A stretch of 64,000 bases of DNA. It comes from Bryobacterales bacterium (GTDB taxonomy: Bacteria; Acidobacteriota; Terriglobia; Bryobacterales; UBA6623). This document shows positions 29,523 through 38,542 of the stretch, in pieces. The stretch's first letter is position 1. Every line of letters begins with the position of its first letter. Made by a program: the position numbers and the translations under genes. The stretch spans positions 365 to 64,364 of the forward strand of contig JAPPMG010000077.1 in the NCBI GenBank assembly GCA_028819215.1, given 5' to 3'. The notes under the pieces were generated by a model, which was not told where the DNA came from, did not search any database, and saw only the letters and a list, made by a program, of their open reading frames with translations.

Positions 29523-30209
29523 TCAGCCGCCCAAGGGCTCTATGGACGCGGCCACGTGGTCGCGGTAGGTCACCCGCACGGGCTCGAGCCCGGCTGCCGC
29601 GCGCCGCTTGTAGTCGACGATCCGAGTCATCCCACCCGGCGATTGGCGCACGACTTCGCCGACCCCGAGCGCGAAGCCGATGCGCACTTCGCTCATGCCG
29701 ACCGCGACCACGCCCTTGGCCGCCTCATCCCACATTTCGTCGGTCCAATGGTCGTAGATCTCCCGAGGATCCTTAACGAAGAAAATGTCATCGACGAACA
29801 GCCGCTGCCCCGTGCCAACAACGAAGGAACACTGCTCGCCCTCCTTCTCGAACAGCAGGACAACCTCGCGCCCGCGCTCCTCAAAGGCTAACGGGACAAT
29901 GCGCTCGAGCGGCTCGAACAGCCTCTCGCCGGGCTCGTACATCCAGCGATAGCCCTCCTGGATCCAAAGCGGCTTGCCCGTGAGCCGCTCCCTCGCCGAG
30001 GCCAGGTCGGTCGCATACGACTTCGGCACGAACACGAACGCATCGGACGGCAGGTTGCGCTGCCTCGGCTGCTCGCCGATCGTCATGTTCGCGATCCGGT
30101 GCTTCTCATAGAAGTGATAAGCCAAGTAGACGGCACCGACGACCAGCGTCACCTTGATCGCCAGCCGGGACCAGAACAGCCACTGCTCGCCCGCGAACTT
30201 CTCTCGCAT
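29523..30209 (-). CDS. Hypothetical membrane-anchored protein
   Basis: N-terminal TM helix; ggag RBS. Confidence 0.6.
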   Translation of the reverse strand: MREKFAGEQWLFWSRLAIKVTLVVGAVYLAYHFYEKHRIANMTIGEQPRQRNLPSDAFVFVPKSYATDLASARERLTGKPLWIQEGYRWMYEPGERLFEPLERIVPLAFEERGREVVLLFEKEGEQCSFVVGTGQRLFVDDIFFVKDPREIYDHWTDEMWDEAAKGVVAVGMSEVRIGFALGVGEVVRQSPGGMTRIVDYKRRAAAGLEPVRVTYRDHVAASIEPLGG

Positions 30210-30531
30210 CAAGAACTCCCCTCAGGGTTGGCTGCCCAGCCCTTGCGGCCACCCACGATTCAAGTCTAGACGACGCTCGGCTCGCCGTTCCGGGCGTGAT
30301 CGATCCGCTGGTCGGGGCTTCGGCCATAACTGTAGAGGCGTTGTTCTCAGAACGGCCGTGCCGGTGCGCCGGTCAGCCGGGACAGTCGCGCCGACCCCAC
30401 TCCGGGTAGGCCGCCGATTCCCAAGATCCCGTTTGCCCCGATGTGCTACGATTCGCTGCGCTCTACGTCGGCATCCGTCCCCCTTTGTGGCGCATCGTGA
30501 CGTTTCCGACTCACTTGGCACCGGAGGAATC

Positions 30532-31134
30532 ATGAACGAAGGGATCGAGCAACCGTCCGCAAGGTCGGCTTGGGATCGCGTCAAGGCGGTACTTAGGTTC
30601 GAGCCCGGCATCTTCATGGAGATCGCGCAAGACAACAGCGCGACGGGGCAAGCTTGCGTTGTCTTCGGGGTGGCCGTGCTCCTCAGCTGCTTGTGGACGT
30701 TCCCTATAGTTCCGATCGCATGGCTCTTCGGGTTCCTTGGCATAGCGATCATGACAGGCCTCTTCATGTTGTTGGCTCGCATGTTCGCGGGCGGTCCGCC
30801 CTCTGAAGGGGTAGCAGAGTCGCACGAACCCCGCGAGGATCGCCCAGATGACATGCCGCCCTACTCGGGCTGGCTTCGAGCGATCTTGTTCGCCTCGGTG
30901 CCTGTGGCTTTCGGTGTGGTCCCACTCGTCGGAACGTTTATCGGCGCGATTTTCAGCCTGATCTTGGAGATCGTCGCCATCCGAGAACTGTCGGGGATCT
31001 CAACTGGTGCAGCAGTGATGGCATGGATCATCGCGGTGCTGGTTCCTGGCATCCTGATCATCGCGAGCATCATGCTGTTCGGATTCTGGATGCTTGGCAT
31101 ATTCGGCCTCAACGAACTACTGCGTTGGCACTGA
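30532..31134 (+). CDS. Yip1-like membrane protein
   Basis: GGAGG RBS before ATG 30532; about five TM segments. Confidence 0.65.
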   Translation: MNEGIEQPSARSAWDRVKAVLRFEPGIFMEIAQDNSATGQACVVFGVAVLLSCLWTFPIVPIAWLFGFLGIAIMTGLFMLLARMFAGGPPSEGVAESHEPREDRPDDMPPYSGWLRAILFASVPVAFGVVPLVGTFIGAIFSLILEIVAIRELSGISTGAAVMAWIIAVLVPGILIIASIMLFGFWMLGIFGLNELLRWH

Positions 31135-31233
31135 ACGGCAGTACAGACTTCGCGAGCAGCGATCGAGTCAGGTCTGGCGGCCGAAGAGAGCGAGATTTCG
31201 TCTGCCTATCTCAAGTGCCTTAGATTCACCGCA

Positions 31234-32013
31234 CTAGACGTACGCAAGATACAGCGCGCTCACTCCGCCGGTTAGCATCTGAACATCGACCCTCTGAAAC
31301 CCTGCGCCGATCAGCAGCTCTCGAACCTCCTCGGGCGGCGGAAAGCGCTGCACGGAATCCTGCAGATAAGAGTAGGCCCCTCCGCTGCCAGAGATTGCGT
31401 TACCCAGGCGCGGCAGCACGTGCTTGAAATAGAAGTTGAACAGTGCGCCCCAAAGCTTGGAGGTCGGTTGGGAGAACTCCAGCACCGCTAGACAGCCGCC
31501 CGGGGCCAGTAGCCGGCAAAACTCTTCGGCACCCACGCGATAGTTGGTGAGATTTCGAAACCCGAAGGCAATAGACACCAGATCTAGGCTGGAGTCAGCC
31601 AGCGGCATGCGGGTGGCATCCGCCTCGGCCAAGGCAGGAGGCAGGCCGGCACGCCCGAACTTATCGGCGGCACGGACCAACATCGGGCGACAGAAGTCTG
31701 AGGCGAGGCACACAGGGGCCTTGTCAGGGCGCAAGCGTGCCCGCTCTCGGGCCAAGGCCAGTGCCAGATCTCCCGTGCCACAGCAGCAATCGACGATATT
31801 CACCGTGTCGCGCCGCAAGTAGGGCCGCACGGAGTGCACCAGACGGCGGCGCCAGAAGCGGTCGATCTGACCCGAGAGCAGATGATTGAGCAGGTCATAG
31901 CGAGGTGCCACCCGCGCGAACATTTCGCGCACGGCGCGGGCGGCCTCGGCTTCGTTGCCGACCTCGATGCCAGCCGGCAGAGCGCCGCGCTGTGACTCTT
32001 CCACTGGCACCAC
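31234..32013 (-). CDS. ubiE: UbiE/MenG quinone C-methyltransferase
   Basis: MFARVAPRYDLLNHLLS, DCCCGTGD, IAFGFRN, LEFS; start uncertain. Confidence 0.9.
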   Translation of the reverse strand: MVPVEESQRGALPAGIEVGNEAEAARAVREMFARVAPRYDLLNHLLSGQIDRFWRRRLVHSVRPYLRRDTVNIVDCCCGTGDLALALARERARLRPDKAPVCLASDFCRPMLVRAADKFGRAGLPPALAEADATRMPLADSSLDLVSIAFGFRNLTNYRVGAEEFCRLLAPGGCLAVLEFSQPTSKLWGALFNFYFKHVLPRLGNAISGSGGAYSYLQDSVQRFPPPEEVRELLIGAGFQRVDVQMLTGGVSALYLAYV

Positions 32014-32023
32014 GTAAGCGGCT

Positions 32024-33133
32024 CTACACCGCCGCTGATTCCACGGCACCGCAGGCCGCGAGGGCGTGCTCAGTCGCAGCGATCACCTGTTCAGCGGGTG
32101 GGTCCAGCTCCTCGCTGACTCTCCCGATCGAATCGGCCAGGACGAATCGCGCCCTGCCGCCTACCGCTTTCTTGTCACCGGAGATCCGCGCGGCGATATT
32201 TCGGGCGTCCAAGCGCTCCAGGCCGGCAAACGATCCATACGAGAGCACGACGGCTTCGATCCGCTCACGATCGCGGGAGTCCAACCGCCCGCGCAGCTCC
32301 GACAGGCGCGCCGCAGCGATCATCCCGAAGCCCACCGCCTCGCCGTGAAGCAGGGTGTTGTAGCCGGTCTCGGCCTCCAGGGCGTGGCCTAGCGTGTGGC
32401 CGAAGTTCAGGATGCGTCTCAGTCCGCTCTCGCGCTCGTCGGCGCGCACGACCTCGGCCTTGATGCGGACCGACTCCGAAATCATCTTCTCGACCGCTTC
32501 GCCCGTGCGCTCGCGCACCGCGGACTCACAGGCTTCCATGTAGTCGAATAATTCCGAACTGCGAATAATGCCGTGCTTGACCACCTCTTGCACGCCGGCG
32601 AAGTACTCGCGGTCCGGAAGCGAGGCGAGCGTATCCGGATCGACCAGCACAAGGCGAGGTTGATGGAACGCCCCGACTAGGTTCTTGCCAGAGGCGAGGT
32701 TGACGCCTGTCTTGCCGCCCACCGAGGCATCGACCTGGGCGAGCAGGGTGGTAGGGACTTGAACAAAGTCGATGCCGCGCATGTAGGCCGCGGCTACAAA
32801 CCCAGCCACATCACCAGCGACTCCTCCCCCGAACGCCACCACGGCGCTGCTGCGATCCGCGCCCGCGGCGTGCATGTCGGCGCACAGTCTCTCGACCGTG
32901 GACATGCGCTTGCGCGGCTCGTCCAGAGGGCATGGGAGTGCCACCCAATCGCAGCCTTGGAGTCCTTCCGCTAGGCGGGATTCGTAGTGTCTCCAGACCG
33001 TCTCGTCCGCGATGACAAACAGCCGACGCTCCCCGAGCGTCTCGCGAATCAGCGACCCGGCGCGGCCGATCAGACCGGCTTCGATGCGGACATCGTAACG
33101 GGAGCCAAGCGTCTCGACGGACACGAGAGCCAT
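32024..33133 (-). CDS. aroB: 3-dehydroquinate synthase
   Basis: GGGVAGD, PTTLLAQVDASVGGKTGVN, LNFGHTLGHA, HGEAV. Confidence 0.96.
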   Translation of the reverse strand: MALVSVETLGSRYDVRIEAGLIGRAGSLIRETLGERRLFVIADETVWRHYESRLAEGLQGCDWVALPCPLDEPRKRMSTVERLCADMHAAGADRSSAVVAFGGGVAGDVAGFVAAAYMRGIDFVQVPTTLLAQVDASVGGKTGVNLASGKNLVGAFHQPRLVLVDPDTLASLPDREYFAGVQEVVKHGIIRSSELFDYMEACESAVRERTGEAVEKMISESVRIKAEVVRADERESGLRRILNFGHTLGHALEAETGYNTLLHGEAVGFGMIAAARLSELRGRLDSRDRERIEAVVLSYGSFAGLERLDARNIAARISGDKKAVGGRARFVLADSIGRVSEELDPPAEQVIAATEHALAACGAVESAAV

Positions 33134-33218
33134 TAGTCCTTTTTGTACCATGTGGACTTGCTGCAAGCGGTGCCGTCCGGGTGCGGCCCGGACGCGCAAC
33201 CACATCGCTGCGACTGCC

Positions 33219-34781
33219 ATGGAAACCGACTTTTTGGTGATCGGCGGCGGCGTGGCGGGCCTCAGCGCAGCCATCGAGGCGGCCCCGGCCGGCCGCGTGC
33301 TGGTACTGACCAAGGACCGCTTGCAAGAATCGGCCACGGAGTACTCGCAAGGTGGCGTAGCCGTCGCCCTCAGCGACGAGGACCAAGTCGGGCTGCACGA
33401 GCAGGACACGCTCCAAGCCGGTGCAGGACTGTGCGACCCGCTGGCAGTGCGAGCCCTCACCGAGGCGGGCCCGCGCCGGATCCAGAGGCTGATCGAATGG
33501 GGAGCTGAGTTCGATTCCGACGGAGGCAAGCTGTCGTTCTCAATCGAGGGGGCTCACAGCGTGAACCGCGTGCTCCACGCCGGCGGGGACTCCACCGGAA
33601 AAGAGATTGGCCGCACGTTGCTGCACAAGGCGAATTCGATTGACGCCATCTCGTTTCAGAGCTTTTCGTCGGTGGTCGACCTGCTCGTCGAAGACGGAAC
33701 GGTCTGCGGGGCGATCGCTTGGAACGAAAAGCGGCGCGAACTGGTGCCGGTCTACGCACGCGCCGTGCTGCTTGCCACCGGTGGCATCGGGCAAGTCTAC
33801 CGGGAGACGACCAACCCCGACGTTGCCACCGGAGACGGCGTGGCCATGGCCTACCGCGCCGGAGCGGTTATCGCCAACATGGAGATGGTCCAATTCCATC
33901 CGACCGCGCTGTTCCTTCAGGGAGCGCCGCGCTTTTTGCTGTCGGAAGCCCTGCGCGGAGAGGGCGCAGTCCTGCGCAATGCCAACATGCAGCGCTTCAT
34001 GTCGCGCTATCACGCGAGCGAGGAACTCGCACCCCGCGACGTGGTGTCGCGGGCCATCGTCAGCGAGCTCGCGCGGCTGCGCCGCGGGCCGGTCTACCTT
34101 GACCTGACTCATCTCGGCGATGGCTACGTGCCGAAGCGCTTTCCCCGCATCTACCGCACTTGCCTGCTATACGGGGTCGACCTTGAGGTGGAACCGGTGC
34201 CGGTGCATCCCGCAGCGCACTACGCCATGGGTGGAATCTTGACTGACCACGACGGGGTAACCACGCTGCCCGGGCTGTATGCCGCCGGAGAGGCGGCCTG
34301 CAATGGCGTGCACGGCGCCAATCGGCTGGCCAGCAATTCGCTGCTAGAGGGGCTCGTGTTCGGAGCGCGATCGGGCGAGGTCATGCGCAAGCATGCGGGT
34401 GACACACTTCGGAAACCAAGCCTGCCGAGGCGCAAGAGCGCCAGCGCCCTGCCTGGCAACGCCATAGCTAACTTGCGCCATCTTGCATGGCGGCACGCGG
34501 GCATCGCTCGGTCGGAAGAGGGCCTGCATGGCGGCCTGGAACAGCTAGACCTGCTCTCGACGATGTTCGAGAAGGGGCTTGCGCGGAACAGCCGCCATGG
34601 CTTTGAGACAGACAACATGTACCAAGTAATCCGCTTGGTGACGCGCTGTGCGCTGGCGCGCGAGGAGAGCCGGGGCGGACACTACCGCGTAGACTTTCCA
34701 GAGTCACGCGAGGAGTTCCGCAAGCACTCGCGCATCCGGCGGGGATCCAAGGTGAGCTTCGTAGAAGTAGGCGCTGGATAG
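33219..34781 (+). CDS. nadB: L-aspartate oxidase
   Basis: GGGVAG FAD motif, QFHPT, SEALRGEG, HGANRLASNSLLE. Confidence 0.95.
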   Translation: METDFLVIGGGVAGLSAAIEAAPAGRVLVLTKDRLQESATEYSQGGVAVALSDEDQVGLHEQDTLQAGAGLCDPLAVRALTEAGPRRIQRLIEWGAEFDSDGGKLSFSIEGAHSVNRVLHAGGDSTGKEIGRTLLHKANSIDAISFQSFSSVVDLLVEDGTVCGAIAWNEKRRELVPVYARAVLLATGGIGQVYRETTNPDVATGDGVAMAYRAGAVIANMEMVQFHPTALFLQGAPRFLLSEALRGEGAVLRNANMQRFMSRYHASEELAPRDVVSRAIVSELARLRRGPVYLDLTHLGDGYVPKRFPRIYRTCLLYGVDLEVEPVPVHPAAHYAMGGILTDHDGVTTLPGLYAAGEAACNGVHGANRLASNSLLEGLVFGARSGEVMRKHAGDTLRKPSLPRRKSASALPGNAIANLRHLAWRHAGIARSEEGLHGGLEQLDLLSTMFEKGLARNSRHGFETDNMYQVIRLVTRCALAREESRGGHYRVDFPESREEFRKHSRIRRGSKVSFVEVGAG

Positions 34782-34865
34782 GGCACGCGGTTCAATGCGG
34801 TGCACATTCGGCGGGACCCCGAACAGGCCGAGAATGCGAAGAGCGGGCTCTGGGAGCGGAATGGC

Positions 34866-34902
34866 TTGACTTTCATATCGATAATCTTGGAATAATAGAA
34901 AT
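34866..34902 (+). promoter_or_regulatory. Probable arsR promoter/operator
   Basis: AT-rich ttgactttcatatcgataatcttggaataatagaaat directly before the arsR ATG. Confidence 0.4.
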
Positions 34903-35208
34903 ATGGATGCGGAGAAGGCCATCGCGGCTTTGGCCGCGCTGGCTCAAGAAACTCGGCTCGATGTCTTCCGACTTCTCGTTCGAGCCGGTCCGGGAGGTCT
35001 CGCTGCAGGAACCATCAGCCAGCGGCTGAGCGTCCCAAGCGCCACCATGTCCTTTCACCTGAAGGAGCTCAGGAACGCGCGAGTTGTGCGCTGTCGGCGG
35101 GAGACCCGGTCACTGATCTACAGCCCCGACTTCGCCGTGATGAACGCCCTTCTCGAATTCCTGACGGAGCATTGCTGCGAGGAGACATCCTGCCGGACGT
35201 GCCCCTGA
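34903..35208 (+). CDS. arsR: ArsR/SmtB repressor with C-terminal Cys cluster
   Basis: ALAQETRL..FRLLV, SFHLKEL, HCCEETSC. Confidence 0.88.
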   Translation: MDAEKAIAALAALAQETRLDVFRLLVRAGPGGLAAGTISQRLSVPSATMSFHLKELRNARVVRCRRETRSLIYSPDFAVMNALLEFLTEHCCEETSCRTCP

Positions 35209-35243
35209 TCCAATCAATCCTGTCCGACCGCAAGGAGGAACAA

Positions 35244-35702
35244 ATGCGCCTGCAACTGGCTCTCAACGTTAAAGATCTGGATTCCGCTGTCGACTTCTAT
35301 TCGAAGCTGTTCGGGGTTGAGCCCAGAAAGCGGAAGCCCGGATATGCCAATTTCGCGATCGCGGAGCCGCCTTTCAAGCTCGTGCTATTTGAGGCCCCGT
35401 CGGCCGGGGAGCGCCTCAATCACCTCGGCGTGGAGGTGTTCGACGATGCTGATGTGAGCCGCGCCGAGCAGCGTATCAGGACCAGCGGCCTCCCGCACCT
35501 GACCGAAAACGACACGATCTGCTGTAACGCACGACAGAACAAGGTTTGGGCGCTTGAGCCCCAGGGCTTGAGATGGGAGTGGTACCGGGTGATCGAGGAC
35601 GTGAAGTCGGAGAAGCCGTCGCCCGGCGTGGAAGCTGCCGCCGAAGACTGTTGCGATGTTGATTCTCGGATCTCGTACCCTCAGTCAACGCCGAACCGAT
35701 GA
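35244..35702 (+). CDS. ArsI/CadI-family VOC metalloenzyme
   Basis: LALNV..L..AV.FY, KPGYANF, LNHLG, ICCNARQNKVW; AGGAGG RBS. Confidence 0.85.
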   Translation: MRLQLALNVKDLDSAVDFYSKLFGVEPRKRKPGYANFAIAEPPFKLVLFEAPSAGERLNHLGVEVFDDADVSRAEQRIRTSGLPHLTENDTICCNARQNKVWALEPQGLRWEWYRVIEDVKSEKPSPGVEAAAEDCCDVDSRISYPQSTPNR

Positions 35703-35746
35703 ATCCGCTATGGTTCAATACCTCTGGCTAACAATCACTAGTGCCC

Positions 35747-36577
35747 TCAAAATCGCTCAAACGGATCCCATGAACTGCGCTCACGGCGCAGTTCGTAGTC
35801 TTGCTCTTCCTCCTCGAAATCCAACAGCTGTTGCTCGTCTTCCCACCAAATCAACGCTACGACTGAGTCGCTGGTGGTGCGAAACCAGCTCTCTCGCACC
35901 TCGTATCTCCGAGAGTGTTCATGATCGAACCACCGATCCGCACGAATATCCTCACTCCCTAGATCGCTGTCGGCGCTAGCGGCACCGGTCGATCTGTCTA
36001 ACGATTCCAATGGAGCGAACTTTGGCGGCACGGAATCCCCTCGAATGTACCAAGCCCTACGGCCAGACTTGTATGAGGCCAAGACTGCCGGATACGATCC
36101 GCGGCGAACCAGTTTGATCGACGTTGCGGTGAGGCTCGTCCGAAACCTCTCTGCCATATCTCTCAAAGTTTCGAGATCTAAGGATCGCCCCTGAGCCATC
36201 GGGTCAAACAGATAAGCGGGTAGCAAGAGGTCACTGGCAAACTCGTTCGCATTTCGCTCGCGGGCTCTACCCATCGCGCTGATGTCGAGATCGGACTCCT
36301 TGCAGCTGAATGCCACGCTCCCCCTATCGCGTATCCAATGGCCCAACTCGTGGCCTACCGAGAACCTCTTCCGCACTCGGGAACTCTGCTCCCGCACGGT
36401 GATGATTGCCTTGTCACCCATGCCGACGAGCGTCGCCTCGGACCCCGTCAGGTCTGCATACCTGGTCGTCGCTCCGCATGTGTACGCGATCACTTCGACA
36501 TCAATCTCTTCAGGTCTTGTAATCCCCAGCTCTTCAAGCAGCTGCCTCGGTGTCTTGCGCGGCTCACTCGTCTCCAT
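35747..36577 (-). CDS. ImmA/IrrE-family Zn metallopeptidase (CapP-like)
   Basis: RFSVGHELGH (HExxH), E..ANEFA..LLLP, FRTSLTA. Confidence 0.88.
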   Translation of the reverse strand: METSEPRKTPRQLLEELGITRPEEIDVEVIAYTCGATTRYADLTGSEATLVGMGDKAIITVREQSSRVRKRFSVGHELGHWIRDRGSVAFSCKESDLDISAMGRARERNANEFASDLLLPAYLFDPMAQGRSLDLETLRDMAERFRTSLTATSIKLVRRGSYPAVLASYKSGRRAWYIRGDSVPPKFAPLESLDRSTGAASADSDLGSEDIRADRWFDHEHSRRYEVRESWFRTTSDSVVALIWWEDEQQLLDFEEEEQDYELRRERSSWDPFERF

Positions 36578-36983
36578 CTGGTAAATCCAAGTCGTCCAAG
36601 CTACCCAACTCCGCAAGACTTCTCAGTTGGACCAAGACATCTTCGTCAGTGAGCTCGGAAAACTCCCGGTTCTGAAGCGTTAGGCTCTCACGCTCCATCG
36701 CGCGTTGCAGCAAGCGTCGACGTCCCTCGGGAGATGGTGGGAGTTGGTACGCGAGTTGGCGCACTTCTTGTGCTTGCTCTTGGTATGCCTTTCTGGCTTC
36801 TGCCAGCTTCGCTTTCCGGTGCGACTCGAGAGCCCGCTGCAGGGTGTTGTGAACCTGTTCGGCGCACTGATGCGGATCGGAACCTTCAAGCAGGGCATTC
36901 TCAAGAATATCCTCGGCCGGAGCCTCCTCGATGTAGTGGGCAACACCGTCGAGGATCCTTCCCAATCGATCATCGAACGGCAT
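36564..36983 (-). CDS. Hypothetical helical protein (possible anti-sigma or peptidase substrate)
   Basis: Overlaps both neighbours; function inferred from context only. Confidence 0.6.
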   Translation of the reverse strand: MPFDDRLGRILDGVAHYIEEAPAEDILENALLEGSDPHQCAEQVHNTLQRALESHRKAKLAEARKAYQEQAQEVRQLAYQLPPSPEGRRRLLQRAMERESLTLQNREFSELTDEDVLVQLRSLAELGSLDDLDLPDGDE

Positions 36984-37608
36984 GTTGGTCACCCCTCCCT
37001 TCCAAGACTCTCTCGGTCCTTCTCTTGATCCGGCGCATCGCGGCTCGAATCGTTTTGTCTTCCCAGCCAAACTCATCCCGGATCTCTACGAGCGACATGC
37101 CGTCTTCCAACCCTGCGATCACGGCAAGAGCATCCTCGTCACCTGCACATGCCTCTCCGATCTGATCTGCGATCTCACGGCGCTCTCTCGCCTCCTCCAT
37201 TCGGATCAATTCATCCTCTGGGCTCGGAGCCTGAGATGCGAGCTTGTCGAACGCTTGCCGCCCGTTCCCATCTGAGGCGCTAGTTTCGGCGCCGCCTTCA
37301 GACAGCGCGTACTCAGGCGACTGGTGGTTCCTGCTATGGTGCGCTGCCCACGACGAAGCTGTGCTCCACATAGCCCCCATGAGAAGCCCCTTCAGGTCTA
37401 CTTTCTCGGGATTCCATGTCCGGCTTCCTTCGAGGACCTTCAGGGTCGCTATTTGAAGGAGCTCCTCCGCTGTCCTTCCGTTGGCGGCCCATGGCCCGAT
37501 CCTCGCGATTCGGTTTTCTGCGAATTCGCGCAATCGGACAAACTCGCCCGGCTCTCGTGCTAGTGCCTCGATTGCACTCGCAACTTCTGCATGGGTTGCC
37601 CTACCCAC
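36970..37608 (-). CDS. ECF-like sigma factor / region-4 HTH protein
   Basis: Region-2-like AEELLQ.A..KVL..R.W; C-terminal HTH GMSLVEIRDEFG....IRAAMRRI. Confidence 0.7.
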   Translation of the reverse strand: MGRATHAEVASAIEALAREPGEFVRLREFAENRIARIGPWAANGRTAEELLQIATLKVLEGSRTWNPEKVDLKGLLMGAMWSTASSWAAHHSRNHQSPEYALSEGGAETSASDGNGRQAFDKLASQAPSPEDELIRMEEARERREIADQIGEACAGDEDALAVIAGLEDGMSLVEIRDEFGWEDKTIRAAMRRIKRRTERVLEGRGDQHAVR

Positions 37609-37687
37609 TGATTCTTGCGTCCCGGTCCTACGCGCCTGCCCAAGGTCAGGATAACGGACTGCTCCTCAACCTTCAATGCTCAAGAAC

Positions 37688-37735
37688 TGTCCACATTGGA
37701 CACGTGACGAAGAGTTTTCGCGCCAAGTGTCCAAT
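37688..37735. promoter_or_regulatory. Palindromic sites between divergent operons
   Basis: TGTCCA-cat-TGGACA (37688-37702); ATTGGACAC-N23-GTGTCCAAT (37695-37735). Confidence 0.55.
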
Positions 37736-37822
37736 CTAGCTCCAGGCCGAGCATAAGGCTATAGAGGCACATCGAGCCTCGTTTCGAACTCGGCGGCAAC
37801 CCCGCCATAGGAGGTCACTGCA

Positions 37823-38542
37823 GTGACAGACGATTCCAACGACAAAGAGGTTGACCTAGTCGATCTCGAGGCAGGACAAACCGAGGGTCCAAAACCTCTA
37901 GCACGGCGCTATCGGATCCGGATCGACCGAAAGCACTACATCGTCGAGCAGCCGGAAATCACGGGGCGCGAATTGCTCGACCTAGCCCGCAAGGACGCCA
38001 TTGAGCACTTCGACGTGTATCGCCGATACAGAGATGGCAGAGTCCTGAAGGTCGAGGTGGACGAAACCATCGACCTTCGAGAACGCGGAGTCGAGCGGTT
38101 CGTGACGATGAAGAAGCAGGTGACGGATGGAGAGCCGCCGGTCAGTGACCGGCGGCTCGACTTCCAAATGCCTGAAGATGATCGTGCCTTCCTCGACTCG
38201 CTAGGGCTAGCGTGGGAGGCCGTACGAGAACAACAGCACCGCTGGATTCTGATTCACGACCACAAGCTTCCGATGGGCTTCGACCACGAAACAGTCACAT
38301 TGGCGTTCCTGATCGGTGACAGCTATCCGCCAGATCGCCTCGACATGGTGTACGTCCACCCGCAGCTCCGGCTACAGAGTGGCGCTGCCATTCCAAGCAC
38401 GTCAGACCAATGCATCGATGGCAAGAACTTCCAAGCCTGGTCCCGGCACTATGACGACTGGCGGGAAGGCGTCGACGACCTCGGCACGCACTACGTGCGC
38501 ATGATCCGGGCAGTTGAGGCCGATGCATGCCAGAGGCAATGA
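37823..38542 (+). CDS. Multi-ubiquitin (Ubl) domain fused to Prok-E2_E-like domain
   Basis: Beta-grasp-like YRIRID...ITGRELL...IDL...GVERFVT..TDG, then YPP..LDM.YV.P...WSRH..WR.GVDDL.TH; AGGAGG RBS. Confidence 0.82.
   Translation: MTDDSNDKEVDLVDLEAGQTEGPKPLARRYRIRIDRKHYIVEQPEITGRELLDLARKDAIEHFDVYRRYRDGRVLKVEVDETIDLRERGVERFVTMKKQVTDGEPPVSDRRLDFQMPEDDRAFLDSLGLAWEAVREQQHRWILIHDHKLPMGFDHETVTLAFLIGDSYPPDRLDMVYVHPQLRLQSGAAIPSTSDQCIDGKNFQAWSRHYDDWREGVDDLGTHYVRMIRAVEADACQRQ

Noticed and set aside
32024..33529. 501-aa AroB
   Set aside because: N-terminal extension overlaps divergent nadB; RBS supports start at 33133
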